DNA of 64,000 bases from Dimorphilus gyrociliatus (lineage: Eukaryota; Animalia; Annelida). The translations under genes and the position numbers were made by a program. Below, piece after piece: positions 61,939-64,000 of this stretch. The notes beneath the pieces were generated by a model, which was given only the letters and a program-made list of their open reading frames with translations, was not told the origin of the DNA and made no database searches. The DNA is taken from NCBI GenBank assembly GCA_904063045.1, contig CAJFCJ010000012.1, positions 992,001-1,056,000 of the forward strand, given 5' to 3'. Position 1 is the first letter of the stretch. The number at the start of each line of letters is the position of its first letter.

Positions 61939-63824
61939 ATTTATATACAGTATATGTATTTTTACATGCTGTATATATTTATACATATAAATGCATACAT
62001 ACATCCAAATAGTCATCTAGAGATGTATACAGTATATGCTGTATATATATAGTTCAAGTCTAGAATAAAAGCACTATTAAGATCTAGATATATATTTATA
62101 CAGGTCGTATATATAGTATACAAAGGTAATGCTGTATATCCTACTTATAAATAGTACATAAAAATATATGTTTGTATTTTTATTTACTATACATTAATTG
62201 ACATTTATGAATAAGATTCTAAGTAGTTTATAATTTACATGTCGGCTCTTATTAGCATTAGTCAAGTGCGAACCTTTTCTAATTAAATGAGAAAATTACC
62301 AGTAGATATTCCGTTAAGTGAACATAATTGCAGTACCCCTAGACACAAGTTGGCTGGCTCAATAGCTTGGGGTCGTGTCCGGGACGTGTTCAAGTGGTCA
62401 TTTACGACATCTAGCAGTTCGGATGAGGAGGCGCCGGGTGCTATAAGCCAGGCTACTTTACATAGTACGAATTTTAGACAAAATTCTCAGGAGAGTAAAG
62501 ATAGTTGTTGCAGTTTTAAAACGGACCTTTTCATCCAGCAAGAATGCGACGAGTAGTATAACTTTGAATTGTTTTTCTTTTTTATCCTCAATATTTCATT
62601 TTTCTCTATCTTTTTTCCATCTCTTTATGCCGTTTCTTTATCTCTTCTTGTAGTTGATTTTCTGTTTGATCAAATGATAACAAATTTCTTTATTAATTTA
62701 TTTTATTATGTATTTTTTAATTTTAATATTCATTTAACAAACTTTTAAGTTATTTCGATAATTAAAAAATCTTCCTTCGGATAAAGAGAAAGAAAAAAAA
62801 ATAAGAAAGGCTACACGAGAGATATTTGCAAGTCGAAAAACTAATAGATTTTTAATAACATTTCATTACTTTCGCCTTCTAAAATATCTCAATAGTCCAA
62901 CTCTTACTAACACACTCTATCTAACGAAAAAAAAAAATATGAGACAAAGAAGAAGGAAAGAAGAAGAGAAAAAGGGAAAAAATGAGGAAGAAAGCAAATA
63001 CATAAAATATGTCACTATCGGATAAACTTAAGCATTTAATAATTTTTATTTATATTATTTCCTCATATTTTGATTTTATTTACCGAAAAAGTTCATTTAA
63101 TTTTCCTATACTTTTCGAGTTATTTGATGTGAACATCATACATCCCATCACGATGCAATTTGTGATTCTACTTTAAAATCTTATTAGATTGAGGCAAACT
63201 TTTTATATGCATTGATATATTATATATATATATTCGTGTATGTATATACTACATATATGTATACTATATATTTTTATAAACACTAGTATATAGTATATAT
63301 ATATATGTATATATATATATCAAATACAAATTTACATATATGTTTTTTTTCGATACTATATATACAGCGTAAGGTACGAAGTTATATAAATGTGTAAATT
63401 TAACAGAAATTGTTAATATGTGCATTTATTAACATATTTTAATTAGCAAATTATGTAAATTATATACATCAATTTACGGATAAATTGACTAATATATATA
63501 ACCTATGCTGTATATATATGTATAAGCGTGTACATGTATACCATTAACCTAAGCAATTTGGCCTCTATCACTCGCAACACAACTGAAAAAATTAGAAAAG
63601 TTTGTGGACTTCTCTTTACATTTTCGCTTTTTTAACTTCAGAGAGCAGACCAAGTTTAAGAACAATTCTTCTTTTATGAGCCGAATGTCAATCCGGAGAA
63701 AAGATCGTTCAGCCAACACTACAAACACTCAAAATTCACCAGCCATCCATAGGCCTGTTAGGAGGACGTTATCATCTCAAAGTGATGACAAACAGGAATG
63801 TGACAGTCCTGATGCGCTTCAACG
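55462..63824 (+). CDS. KCNQ: Voltage-gated K+ channel KCNQ (Kv7), invertebrate KCNQ2-5-like; partial, continues past the window. Exons approx 55462-55748, 59355-59445, 59558-59683, 60926-61230, 61325-61435, 61609-61794, 62334-62552, 63642-63824
   Basis: RMSLLGKPL...YNFLERP, RLWSAGC, S4 [31 protein letters not shown], pore [11 protein letters not shown]6 [16 protein letters not shown] and helix [11 protein letters not shown]. Confidence 0.96.
61850..61935. repeat. (TA)n microsatellite in a KCNQ intron
   Basis: About 20 perfect TA units at 61892-61933 plus flanking imperfect units. Confidence 0.9.
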
Positions 63825-64000
63825 GTAAGAGATAAATTGAAAAAAAAAAGAACACAGTTATTACAGTCGAACGGTCTTATATTATAATTATAAACCGTTG
63901 TTATTCCTACTGTATTTTATAAGAGAAAATTGATAAAATAACTTTGGTATTTATAATTAAGCAGCTTATTAACAAGAAATTGGTAAGCTTAGCGCGTTGT

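Overview
Eukaryotic (metazoan) genomic DNA: AT-rich, gene-dense, most introns about 50-110 nt with GT-AG ends. Only the developmental/neural genes carry long non-coding stretches (about 8.7 kb upstream of POU4, 4.6 kb RhoGAP intron 1, 3.6 kb KCNQ intron 1). A TEX26-like motile-cilia gene, POU4 and tiny introns suggest a compact-genome invertebrate, possibly a lophotrochozoan such as a miniature annelid (inference only). I reconstructed 13 spliced or single-exon genes by hand: HOGA1(+), POU4(+), two tandem RDH11/12/14-like SDRs(-), a Grindelwald/TACI-like single-CRD TNF receptor(-), PRCP(+), ARHGAP6-like RhoGAP(-), TEX26-like(-), a head-to-head pair of GH31 alpha-glucosidases, two paralogous secreted F5/8C-PAN proteins(+) flanking an intronless bacterial-type sulfotransferase(-), and a KCNQ channel(+) that runs off the window end. 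I saw no tRNA, rRNA, CRISPR array or transposase. The most unusual part is the 35.6-52.3 kb glycan-related block: GH31 enzymes with three variant C-x-W/Y-C trefoils each, an unrecognised lectin-like family with a shared novel N-terminal domain, and a possible HGT sulfotransferase. Also notable are the TNFR and an SDR that appears to be a pseudoenzyme. All exon boundaries and motif counts were made by eye, and comparisons to known proteins are from memory.
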